Source: Jimgerdemannia flammicorona
Lineage: Eukaryota
Length of the DNA stretch: 48,970 nt
Assembly (NCBI GenBank): GCA_003990765.1
Contig: RBNJ01000034.1
Span: 1 to 48,970 of the forward strand
Direction of reading: 5' to 3'
This document shows, one piece after another, positions 37,856 to 48,970 of this stretch. Under the pieces are notes generated by a model. That model had not been told where the DNA came from and did no database searches. It saw nothing but the letters and a program-made list of their open reading frames with translations. The position numbers and the translations under genes are program-made. Every line of letters begins with the position of its first letter. Position 1 is the stretch's first letter.

Positions 37856-39138
37856 TGTTATATAGTGGTCACTGAGTCCTTCAAATATACCAGATTCTCT
37901 TCAAGGTATATCTCTTAGACTAACTCAAGTTTATTATAAGTAAGTTCTTATTAGAGTACCTTCTCAAGATCTTATAGTCCTCAAACTTCTTATCTTTAAA
38001 CTGTCTTATTATCTCTTAGATTGTTTGCAAGAAAGTGTATATATTGCACTGAGTAGAACTGACTTTATTTCAGAGAAAATAAGAGAGATATTTATATAAA
38101 ATATAATTCAATAGTTGCCAAGATATAAAGCTAAATATAAATTCTAATAACTAAAATAAAATGCCAGGATAGGAAAAACTGCTAAGTTTCAGAGTCAGTA
38201 TAAATGATTGTACAAATTCAGGATGCTGGTATAATTCAGTATCATATCACAATACCAGTACTGGCATAATTTGATGTCATACATATCAGAATGCTGATGC
38301 TGGCATAATTCAGTATAACCAAAGAACTTTTTAGAGCAGAATGTTCAAGACCATAGAGGCTTCATCCTCATCAGAGGTCAGGATGTCTTTGAAGAAGATG
38401 AGGTCTGTGAATTTATCATTATCATATAGGTCATATGTTTTATGTATATTGTGCATCTCATGTATGTCACACATCTTACATATGTCATGCAGGATGATAT
38501 TATCACCAATATGTCATCACATTTAGTAGCAGCAGAAACAAGAAGGTCTGGAGCTCTTCAGTCTATGAGGTTCTCTTCCACAAAATAGGGGACAAATGTG
38601 GGATCTTGGAGAGGTCTAACCTGGATGCTTGGGCCTTGAAATACTGAGATCAATCCTTGCTGAAATTGGTCTGGGTTGTCCTGGAGGATGAGATGCCAGA
38701 AGTCTTCTACTTTGTCACTGTTAAGGGTGATAGTGGACTGGGCTTCTCTCATAATTTCGATATTCTCTGGCTGCACTGCCAGGTGTAGTGGCGTCTGTCT
38801 GCAATTGTTGTGTAGCCACTCTAGCTTCTAGTACATTGATATGGTGGGCTGACAGGTCTCTGAAATCTGAGACTCTAATATACTCTAAGTTGGGGATTGA
38901 CCATGGTGCATGCCTGAAGATCTGATGGATCTTCTTAGCTATCTTTATTTCACATATATCCATGGGAGTGGTATTTTATAGCTCTTGAGTGCTGGCCTGT
39001 GGGAACTCCTGGCAAAGGAGGTTTCTTATTTCATACTCCTGTCACATTTGAAGGCATTCAGTAGTAATGGTGATCTATGTTTCTATTTTACAGTAGTAGA
39101 GAATATAATGATAAGAGTCACCAATATCCAGGTTGACA
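37856..39138 (-). repeat. G3 3' LTR (~1.28 kb; inner boundary uncertain)
   Basis: 37856-38985 aligns with 45179-46240. A candidate TGTCA start on minus at 39138 follows a weak purine tract. Three ~30-35 bp imperfect repeats at 38220-38320. Confidence 0.75.
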
Positions 39139-39849
39139 CTAGGAGTCCTTCTTGAGTGAGTTCTCATGGCTCTTCTGATGTCTTGGAACATCCTTTCTTC
39201 AACTGAGGTGCCTTGGTAGTTCCTTGACCTTGAGGTTTAGTGAGTAGCAGATATTTTGTTTATAGTATGTCTTGAGCTATTTTGGGATTGATGGGTCTTA
39301 TTGATTGCTACTACTGCAGTTCCTTGATCCTTCTTTTATATTCCTTAAGATATCCATACTATGGTCACAATAACTCACAGTTGGTCATCATTGCTCATCT
39401 TATATATCATATGATCTTCTTGTGCTCTGATCTGGTGGCTTGTAAGGAAAGGCTATCTCCTATACTGATGTCATCATTCTGGAGTCACTGCTCCTGAGTA
39501 AGGATCTTCTTGAATGTCCTTATTCATTGGTCTAGTTCTGAAATATTTGCTGATCTCATAACCTCTGACAAGGGGTCAAAAAGTGGTATTTATGGGCTGG
39601 TGTCTTCTCTTTGTATTTTGGCATGATGGTGAAGGGTTGCTCCCTTTATATAAAGCAAGGGCCTGATTCTGATTTTGACCAATCAGTTGATGGTTCAAAA
39701 TTCTCTGGCTTTGAAAGTCTCATAGATAAGTAGTTGCTGGTGCTATATCCTTTAGAGAATGGTCCAGACAGATAGTCTGCTGGTCACAGGATATGCTGTT
39801 ATGATTCATGGACTAGAACCTTATGGGCAGTCATCATATTTTACTTCTC

Positions 39850-42800
39850 TCATATAAGTTTATAGTACTTCTTAAGTCTGTTCCTATATATCATAATAGA
39901 CAGTATGGTCCCTGAGATTTTTCTAAGCCAGAAGGTAGTTTCCTTTATATCTTATATATAGAAGGGTCCTTCCCATTTGGACTCCAGTTTTCACGATCAT
40001 GAGGCTTCTACCATATTTCGATATAGTAGGACCTTTTCTCTGATTTAAATAGATTCTAGGGTCTTGTGATTCTTTTCTACATTTTTTCTTATCAGTGCTT
40101 ATAACTTGATAATATAATCTTCAGCCTTCTTCCTGATTTGGGGTAGTCTCCAGATTTCTGCATTGACCCATTACTAAGTTAGGTCTAGATTTGTAGCTGA
40201 GGTTGAACCAGAATCTTCTTCTCCAAAGAGCAGTTCTCTTAGGGTAAAGTGTGTGCTCTGTGACTATATGTCTTATAGGACAGAGAGAGCAGTTGGGAGG
40301 TAGTTATCTCAATTCTCATATGTCTCTGAGATCTTTGCCAGAATGTTCTTAAGGGTCTTATTGATTCTCTCTATCTGTCCATTTTCTTAAGGGTGGTATG
40401 TGGTAGTCTTGATGTGCTGAATCTTGTATTTCTGATACATTATCTCATAGAATCTATTGACAAATTCTGTACTGTGGTCTGTTGTGATTTGCTTTGGTGT
40501 CTTATAGTGGCAGAGGATTTCTCAGTACAGGAAGTTGGCTATAGAGAGGGCATTGGCTTCTTATAATGCTCCTGCTTCTATCTATTTGATAAAGAGATCT
40601 ATAATAACTATAATATAGTGGTTTTCTGATAGTATTACTGGTAGTGGCCCAATGATATCCATTGCAATGTGGTAGAAGGAAATAGACTCAATTCTTGATG
40701 ATCCTGATATCTGGTCTTGCTAATCTTGTTTCTGTTTTTGGCACTTGTCACATTCTTTGACAAATTGGTACAGATCTTCTTCAATTTTGGGCCACCACAT
40801 AGTTCTTCTTGCCTTGTCATATATGTTGATTCCTCTTAGATGTCCTTACTCATATACTTCCTTCATTACTAATACTTCTTATATTCAGGTATTACTAGCT
40901 TCCTCCTTTTCTGAGTGTAGTGTTGTCTAGTTCAAACTGTTTCCAAGTCCAGTTGATAATAGTAATTGTCCAGAGTTTGAGATGATTGGGCATCTTTTAC
41001 TGCCTGAGGTAGCTGATTAATCTATAGTATAACTCCTTATTTATGTTGAAGAGTCTTGATGGGGGTATTTTGGAGTATTCTTGAGAGTGCATCAGTATTG
41101 GTATTGGTTCTTCCTGAGTAGTGCTTGACAGTACAGTCATACTCTTGCAGCCTGTAGATCCAACTGACATATATTCCTTTGGGGTTCAGAGTGTGGAATA
41201 GCCAGGCAAGAGCAGAATGGTCTGTTTGAATAGTGAAGTATTTCCCAGCTAGGTAGTAGTGGAACTTGTCTACTACTCAAACTACTGCTAAGTATTCAAG
41301 CTTGCATAACTCATAGTTCTGTTCTGCTCTGTGGATACCTTGGCTTGTATAGGAGATAACATATTCATATCTATCTTACTTCTGAGCTAGGACTGCTCCA
41401 AGTCCTATAGCACTTACATCTGTCTGCAGGATGAATAATAGGTTCCAATCTAGTCTTCTGAGAATAGGTGCTTGGGTCAACCTGGTCTTGAGTTCATTGA
41501 AGGTTTCTTGGTATTTCTTGGTCCATTTGAATTTGGTTTCTTTCTTCAGTAGCTCATAGATAGGTGCTGTAATATTGGAGTATTCTTTGATAAATCTTCT
41601 GTAATAGCTGGCTAGCCCAAGGAAGGCATGGACTTCTGTAGTTATTCTGGATCTTGGGTAGGCTGCAATAGCCTCAATCTTCATGAGATCTGTGTGGATT
41701 CTGGTCTGGTTGATGAGGTGTCCTAGGTAGGCAATTTCTTGAGCTGCAAACTTGTATTTCTTGGGCTTGATATATAGGCCATGCTCCTTGAGCTTCTTGA
41801 GGACTAGCTGTATATAGTTGATATATTCCTGTGTAGTGTTGCTGAAGATGATTATATTATCAATATAGACAAAGAGCCATTTTTCAATCTCATTACTGAA
41901 GACTCTATTCATCATTTTCTGAAAACTTGCTGGGGCATTGTACATTCCAAATGGCATTTGCAGGTAGATATAGGTAGTATCAGATGTGATGAAGACTGAT
42001 TTCTCACTGACATCTTGAGTGAGATCAATCTGATGGAAGCCTGAGAACAGATCCAAGGTAGTATAGTATTTGGCTTTGCTTCCAAGAGTGGTAAGGATTT
42101 CTTGAATATTTGGCAAGGGCTGTCTATCCTTCTTGATGATTGCATTGAGCTTTCTGTAGTCAATACAGAGTTTTGGTACAAACTCTCCAGGCTTGCTTCC
42201 TTTCTTTGGAGTGAGGACAATGGGTGAAGCTCAGAGACTGATAGCTTGCTTGATGATTCCAGCTTCTTCCATTTCCTTGAGTTCTGCTTGCAGCCATTCT
42301 CTGTAAGCAGGTGGTATAGGTCTGGCTTTCTGGTAGATGGGCTTGATATTATCAGTGTCAACTTCATATTATTACTTGAGTTCTTGATTGTAGATATCTC
42401 CGAAGTTTGTAACAAGTACTCCTTCATTCTGGTACAGGATTTTGAGAAGTTGTTCTTCCAGGGGAAAGTTTTCTCCAATGGTTTATGTGTGCTTATCTGG
42501 TCCCTGTCTTTCTTGTTCTCAAGTTTGGTAATTTTGATGGTGATATAGGCTTCTCTTCCAGTAGATCTAAAGCCTTGTTCTCCTCTCTTGGTCTTGATGA
42601 GTTTGATGGCTTCAGTAATCTTGGGCTTCTTGATTTTGTGGATCAGAATCTGGCCAATCCTGTCATACTTCTTGACTTTGAATGGGGTGGTGGGGTTATG
42701 ATTCCTGACTATAAGGAAGATCTCACCAGTATAATCAGGGTCAATTACTCCTCCTTCAACTGAGATTTTACTTTTGGCCAGACTGCTCCTGGTTTTGATA

Positions 42801-43700
42801 ATTCCAGTATAGTTTTCTGACAGCTTGACTCCAATTCCAGTGCCAAGTAGAGTGGTGGTCTGTAGTTCAAAGGTACTATCTTGAATGCTGGTAAGGTCCA
42901 TTCCTATGGCTTCTTCAGTCTTATATTCTGGGATCTTGGTTTTGGGGTGAAACTTCTTGATCTTGAGGATGATATCTGATTCTTATTCCTCCTCATCATC
43001 ACTGTCAGCTTGAAGCTTGGGGGGCTGGTCATCTTTTTGGCTTTCTTTTTTGCTTCAACAACTGCTTGCTCATGTTTTTGTTGGTGGATTTTCCTGACTT
43101 CACTAATACAGGACCAGTAGTCATTCAGGTGTTCAGAGTAGTACATTCTAGTACTATGTGGGCATCTTCCTTGAGGGGCATAGCTATTAATGATCTTGTT
43201 GTACTACTGCTCATCTGTAAGCTTGGGTGTCTTGTTCTTCTTCTTGTTCACTAAGTATATGAAGACTTCTGTGTCCTCTTTATCTCTTTCCTCTATGTCT
43301 GGTAGGACTCTTTTGTAGATATTGATAGAGACTCATACCTTTCTTCCTCTATAGTTGATCTGCATTTTCTGAGCATTGAGGTCAATAATGGCCTTGGCCT
43401 TGTAAAGCCATTGGTAGCCAATGAGGATATCATAGTTGGTGGCACTTGTAACAATTATATCTACTGAGATGATAGCTCCTCTTATCTTGATAGAGACTTC
43501 TTGGATTTTGCTAAGGGGAATAGCTCATGTACCATCTACTATAACATAGATGATCTTGGTAGACTCTTCAATGTCTCAGCCTAGGCAGTCAATTGTCTTC
43601 TTGCTTATGAGACATCCTCTAGCACCAGTATCAATGATGGCATCAAAGATACAATCTTCAATCTGATATAGGGTATAGGCTGATATCTTGCACTGGTCTT
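39850..43700 (-). pseudogene. G3 pol (protease, dUTPase, RT, RNase H, integrase)
   Basis: AIIDTGA (~43620-43642); YYTTLDLFSGFHQI, MPFG, VYIDN, FLGLASYYRRFI, FILQTDVSAIGLGAVLAQ (ORF 41376-42116); integrase MDIIGPLP, TYHP*ENGQIER, KLESKWEGPF. Confidence 0.95.
42560..42965 (-). pseudogene. dUTPase domain of G3 (frame still open)
   Basis: IGMDL, TRSSLA, GGVIDPDYTGEI, DRIGQ and RGEQGFRSTG correspond to motifs I-V. Confidence 0.95.
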
Positions 43701-44199
43701 CAGATTCTTTGCCTGAGTGTTCTGATTCTTCCTGTGTATTGTGAGCTTCTACAATCTTGTACTCTTGATTCTTGACAGTAGTTGCAAGTCTTACTCTCAA
43801 CTGCAGTCTGAAGGCAGGAATTTTGGCTAGCTGTCCAAAAGTAGCATTGACCTTCTGTTCCTTGAGGTCCTTGTAGATATCATACTGATGGATCTTGGTC
43901 TTGTGCAGCTTCTGTTCCTTCTTGCTTTTGCTTTCTCCTGAGACTGGAGTAGTGCCTTCAATGATTTGGCAGGCAGCTTCATCTAACTCCATGTCTTGAT
44001 CAACCTCCTCAGGTTGAGTCTTGCTTTGAATGGTGATAGCTGGGGTCTTCTTTGGTCTTCCAACTGGCTTGCTATTGCTCTTCTTGTCATAGGGCTTAGA
44101 CCAGGTTCTGATACCTTCAGTAGTAGAGTAGAATTTGAGCTCCTCATAATATTCTTCATCATCAGTATCACCAATCTCCTCAATGACTACTGCATTGGT

Positions 44200-45060
44200 T
44201 TGTTCTCTGGTTCTGCTAGCATTGCTTGGTTGGGCTGTGTTTTGTTTCAGTAATGCAATTCTTTGTATTGTGGCCTTCTTCTCTACATCTGAAGTATGTG
44301 ATATTGTATTCTTCTGTAGCAGCTGCAAATCTCTGCACTGGTCTCCTGTTGGTACTTCAGACTTCTCTAACAACATTACTAAGATATACAGTCATCTCAG
44401 CAAACTGCTTGGTGAGTTCCTCCACTGGGTCAGCTTTGGTTATCTTGGGAGTAGATAGGAATAGTTGTCTGTTTATAACTATAGTGAGTATGATACTAGT
44501 TGGCTTTGATGGCTCCATCTTGATCTCAGTTATTTTCTCCATTAAGTGTTCAGCAAAGTGTCTGGTAGTCTAATATCTCTATGCAAAGATTACTTTCTGA
44601 TCAAGGGTCAGTGCAGCTAGGGTAGACTGGATTGCTAGGGCAATTTCAGAGTGAACTCCTTTGAAGAAGATTGAATCCACTATTTGTTCCTTAAGGTGGT
44701 CATCATAGTCAGCTAAGACAATCTGGTGGCAGATTTAGATATAGAATGAGTTGAGATCTTCACTGAGTCTCTGGCAGATAGTATTGAGTTGATCCTTGAG
44801 AGCTTGCTTGATCTCTTCAGTATAGTATATTGTTCTGAGGAAGGCCTTCATGTTGACAAGTTTGGCTATACTATTATCAGTAATAGTAGCTGCATTGAAC
44901 TTATCTCTATCAGGTCCTCTGAGGCTGACTGATAGAAGGGCCAATTATGTATTCATACCAAGGGCTCATATGGCAGAAAATTGTTCAAAGTCTTCAATAA
45001 AGATCAGGATTGACTCTTTAGTAATATATCTATAGAATGTGGAGGGATACATTTCTATCT
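44200..45060 (-). pseudogene. G3 gag with CCHC zinc knuckle
   Basis: FIEDFEQF...LSVSLRGP...LNTICQRLSEDL; VEELTKQFAEM; YFRCREEGHNTKNC at ~44254-44297. Confidence 0.85.
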
Positions 45061-45157
45061 TATCTTGAATTCTTGTAGGGGTGACTCTAGTAGTCAGAGT
45101 AATTGTTATAGTAGTTGTTTATTTTTCAGCTTGAAAGTGAGGGATTTGTCTTGAATC

Positions 45158-45175
45158 ACCAGCCAATGGGCACCA
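45158..45175 (-). promoter_or_regulatory. G3 putative primer-binding site
   Basis: TGGTGCCCATTGGCTGGT, 3 nt after the LTR CA end; conserved in G1. Confidence 0.65.
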
Positions 45176-45178
45176 AGT

Positions 45179-46240
45179 TGCCATATAGTAGTTGCTGAGT
45201 CCTTCAAATATGCCAGATTCTCTTCAAGATATATCTCTTAAACTAACTCAAGTTTGTTATAAGCAAGTTCTTATTGGAGTGCCTTCCCAAGATCTTATAG
45301 TCCTCAAACTTCTTATCTTTAAACTGTCAGGTTATCTCTTAGATTGCTTGCAAGGAAGTGTGTGTATTGTACTAAGTAGAACTGACTTTATTTTAAAGAA
45401 AATAGGAGGGATATTTATACAAAATATAATTCAATGATTACTAAGATATAAAGCTAAATATAAATTCCAATAACTAAAATAAAATGCTAGGACAGGAAAA
45501 ACTGCTAAGTTCCAGGGTCAGTATGAATGATTGTACAGATTCAGAATGCTGGTATAATTTAGTATAACATCAGAATACTGGTGCTGGTATAATTTGGTAT
45601 CACATCAGAATATTAGTGCTGGCATAATTCAGTGTAACCAGAGGACTTTTTAGAGCAGAATGTTCAAGACCATAGGGCTTCATTCTTGTCAGAGGTCAGG
45701 ATGTTTTCAAAGGAGATGAGGTCTATGAATTTGTCATCATTATATAGGTCATGTGTTTTATATATATTGCATATCTCACATATGTTGTGTGTCTCACATA
45801 TGTTATATGAGATAATGTTATTGCCAATGATATCATCATGTTTAGCAGCAGTGAGAACAAGGAGGTCTGGGGCTCTCCAGTTTATGAGGTTCTCTTCTAC
45901 AAAATAGAGGACAAATGTGAGGTCTTGAGGAGATCTAACCTGGATGCTTGGGCCTTGGAATACTGAGATCAATTCTTGCAAGAATTGGTCTGGGTTGTCC
46001 TGGAGGATGGAATGCCAGAAGTCTTCTACTTTGTCACTGTCGAGAGTGATAGTGGACTGGGCTTCTACAGCCACTCTGGCTTCTAGTATATTGATATAGT
46101 AGGCTGACAGATCTCTGAAATCTGAGACTCTAACATACTCTAAGTTGGGGATCAACTATGGTGCATGCCTGAAGATCTAATGGATCTTCTTAGCTATTCT
46201 TGTTTTACATATATCTATAAGAGTGACATCTTATAGCTCT
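45179..46240 (-). repeat. G3 5' LTR, part within the window
   Basis: Direct repeat of 37856-38985; homology stops at TTATAGCTCT (46240) where LINE-C starts. Confidence 0.9.
45664..46155 (-). CDS. Unknown ORF within the G3 LTR U3 region (probably the C-terminal part of a decayed extra ORF)
   Basis: 163 open codons in element sense; the same peptide is recognisable in the 3' LTR (38558-38963). No known domain recognised. Confidence 0.45.
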   Translation of the reverse strand: MIPNLEYVRVSDFRDLSAYYINILEARVAVEAQSTITLDSDKVEDFWHSILQDNPDQFLQELISVFQGPSIQVRSPQDLTFVLYFVEENLINWRAPDLLVLTAAKHDDIIGNNIISYNICETHNICEICNIYKTHDLYNDDKFIDLISFENILTSDKNEALWS

Positions 46241-48970
46241 GGACTTCTTTTGGTTAAACCACCCAGAGTAAACTAAGTCACACAGATATCTTTCAGCAAA
46301 AGACAACACATTTTCAAGTTTTTATTTTAAATATACTGGTGTACATTGTGCAACAGGAGTCTATCTACAAGGCACAATAAGTTTTGGCAAAAACCATCAA
46401 GATTTAGTAATATAGCTAGTCAAGGTTCCTCTAGCTCTGAGTGTCTAGAGAGGAGGAGACCTGGTCTGGGTATTTCCAAGAGCTTTGCAGCTGTTGCAGA
46501 GACTGGTATGGCTACTGGAGGAGTTGGTGGTCAGGAGAGGTCTGGTGGAATCAAGGCCTGGTATACTGTGGTAGAGAGCAGGAGGGCTGCAGCCAGGCCC
46601 TTTGGGGTGGGGCAGGGGGGGTGTAGTGTTAATAGAGAGAGGGATCAGGTGATGGGTAAGGTGATAGGTCTAGTGACTGGCAGGGGACAGGGGTCTGGTG
46701 GTATGATATTTAGGACTGATTCTTCTGGGACTGGGCCAGTGGCTGGGGAGAGGACTGCTGATGGTACAGCTGTGACTGGTGAGGCAACTGCTGGTATTTC
46801 TGGGATCAAGGGAAAGGTAACCTGGCAGCTGAGATAGGTGAGTTGGTGGTGAGGCCCTTCTTTTACAAATCAGTATCGATATGGGCAGTCTTGGCAAACT
46901 TCCTAGAATTGGCAATATCAGCTAGGGAGGTTCTGAGGCTAGTGGGGGAGAAAGTGGCTGGGGCAGAATCCTTGAAGTTTATCTCTTTGGCAGAGGCTGT
47001 AGAGATTGGATTTGTGGAGGAAGATATAATGGTGAAGGCACTAGAGAAAGGATTGACTGTTAAGGGTGTCCAAATTGAGATAGCAAGGTGTTTGAGGTGG
47101 GACCTGTGTGCTGTTCGGCTGGTGGTGGAGGGCTTGCCAACTCTGAGCAGATAGGAGAACAAGGAGATAGTGGTGGAGGCACTAGGTGGCTATGGTGAGA
47201 TGGTGGATTTTGGGTTCATATTCTGGGAAGACATCAAATTAAGGAATGGCTACTGTGAGGTGATGCTGCAACTGGAAGGTAAGGAGGCAACTGGGCTGGG
47301 ATGAGATTGGCCTGAGGGGATTCGAATTGGAGAGCAAGAGTGTAAGGTGTAGAGGAGGAAGGGAGTGGAACTAGAGGAGAAGGAGTTGGTAATTGCTCTG
47401 AAGGAGAGAGAGGCTGCAAAGAAGTTGTGAAAGAGGAAGTAGGAAGTGTTTGCCAAGAATTGGATCTAGATTCAGGCAGATGGCAAGCAGAAGAGGTGGA
47501 GGAAAGAGAATTGGGAGTATCTGCAGACAGCCCTTCAAGGGGTAGTGGTGAAAGAGGAGGTGAGAGTAGAGGTGGCTAAGAATCAGATGGAAGGAGTGGA
47601 AGCAGTAGAGGTGTCCTTCTCCCAGCTGGGTGGAGTGGAGAGCTCAGTATATGCACTGGTGAGAGGAAAGTGGGTAGATAAGGAGGAGATGGGTAAAGAA
47701 GGCTTTGAGGTTAATATTAAAGTAGTGCCAGAGACTCAGGTGGAGGACACCCATATGGCTGGAGTGGCAAATGTCCATTGAGAATGCCCTGAGACTGGTG
47801 AGGTAGTACATTTGGAGGAGGATGAGCTAGTGGATATGGCTTCAGATGTGTTGGCAAATAGGGAGCACCTGCAAGAGCTGAGTAGGACCCCCAGGCCATC
47901 AACTCCTGGGCCCCTGGTGATGATGGCAGAGAGCTGGAATCAGGCAGTGCTTGAGAAACATGCAGAGGAAGATATCAAGGAAGTAGACATGATTCATAGA
48001 TCTCAGGAAGCATGGGAAGGATTTCTTAATATTGTGATGCAGGGGCCTAAGCTGGTAACAGTAATGATAGTAGCCCTTCTGGATGATGAAGGATATGATT
48101 TTGATGAGAGCAGGATGGCAGATATCAGGAAGGTGGTAGCAGAAAGAGTGGACCTTTTCTGCAGTAGTGTAAATGGTGATCGAATCTGGAGGGTAATTTG
48201 TGAGGACCAGTAAGAGATTATTAAAAGAAGGGCTGAGAAAGTTGTGATAGTCCTAGCTGAGCTTTAAACATTTTCTTTGATAATGATGAACAGTTTACAC
48301 ATCTTATCGATCAATGTCAATGGATTGTATGATGGTGTTAAGAGGCAGAGGCTGTTTTGATGGCTTAAAGTCAGAAGATATGATATTGTTTTTCTTCAGG
48401 ATGTTCAGGCTTATAGAGAGTAAGACTTTGAGGTATAGAGTAAAGAATGGTATGGTGGAATAGATTGGAACAAGCAGGTGGGCATTTTGGTTAGTGTAGG
48501 TAAAGGTGAGCTAGTGGAGGTCAAGGTCTATGGTGACAGATTGGTATAGGGAAGGCTAAAAGGAAGGGCAGGCAATGGTCTAGCAGTAGGCTCAGTTTAT
48601 CTCCCTGCAGTTGGCAGAGAGTGAAAGCAATGGGTTGAGGATGGGGTTGGCAGGACACTGGTTGTTTGTTTTTGAGGAAGGGAGGAGTTTGAGTTTGGAG
48701 GTGTGGGTATTGCAGTGGCAGGAGTTGATGGAGGATATAATGACAGGTTGGTGGCAGGACTGGGGTACACAGGGTGGTCAGAGGTGTCAATTGGTGGAGA
48801 AAATTTGTCAGAGGAGCAGGAGGAGAATGAGGGTAGTGGGTGAGAGAGTAGTGTTTACACAGGAGGGGGTGGGGGGGGACCCCCCTGTGGGGATTGGATA
48901 GTGTGAGAGAGTCATGTAATTATCAATAGACTAGTAATAAATGGAGAAGTCTGCATAACTATAAAAAAAA
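46241..48970 (+). mobile_element. LINE-C: related L1/Tx1-type element with most of ORF2 deleted
   Basis: ORF1 homology (IARCLRWD); ORF2 start MMNSLHILSINVNGL...FLQDV at 48283; jump near 48611 to the ORF2 C-terminus GLAGHWLFVFE; AATAAA and ACTAT-poly(A) at the window end. Confidence 0.9.

Larger units (their letters stand above)
37856..46240 (-). mobile_element. Ty3/Gypsy element G3 (dUTPase-bearing); 5' LTR interrupted by LINE-C
   Basis: Two LTR copies, PBS, gag-CCHC, protease, dUTPase, RT, RNase H and integrase in order on minus. Confidence 0.95.

Noticed and set aside
41912-42901. 329-aa stand-alone host dUTPase gene
   Set aside because: It lies within Gypsy pol; the C-terminal two thirds are out-of-frame spacer and RT sequence after a frameshift.

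Overview
This window is a eukaryotic, probably fungal, field of nested and decayed transposons; the taxon is inferred from the element types. I found no intact host gene, rRNA, tRNA or CRISPR array. Left to right it contains: (1) a young DNA-transposon-like terminus (1-202) inserted in a Ty1/Copia fragment (203-1833, minus); (2) Ty3/Gypsy element G1 (minus), interrupted by that Copia in its RNase H and by L1/Tx1-type LINE-A (4677-10436, 13-bp TSD); (3) Gypsy G2 (11839-28095, plus, ~1.4-kb LTRs, tRNA-Pro-like PBS) with LINE-B (19779-25632, 15-bp TSD) inside its integrase; (4) a chromodomain-bearing Gypsy integrase remnant; (5) two head-to-tail Penelope-like RT elements with no visible endonuclease (~30385-36905, minus); (6) an orphan poly(A)-ended segment; (7) Gypsy G3 (37856-46240, minus), whose 5' LTR is hit by an internally deleted LINE-C that runs to the window end. 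G1, G2 and G3 all carry a dUTPase between protease and RT. Nearly all ORFs are broken by C-to-T/G-to-A transitions. The most interesting signals are the near-exclusive survival of CpG in TCG/CGA context, the dUTPase and extra ORFs/Zn motifs of the Gypsy elements, the tandem endonuclease-less Penelope-like elements, and the asymmetric, probably recombinant G2 LTR pair. All alignments and counts were done by eye.
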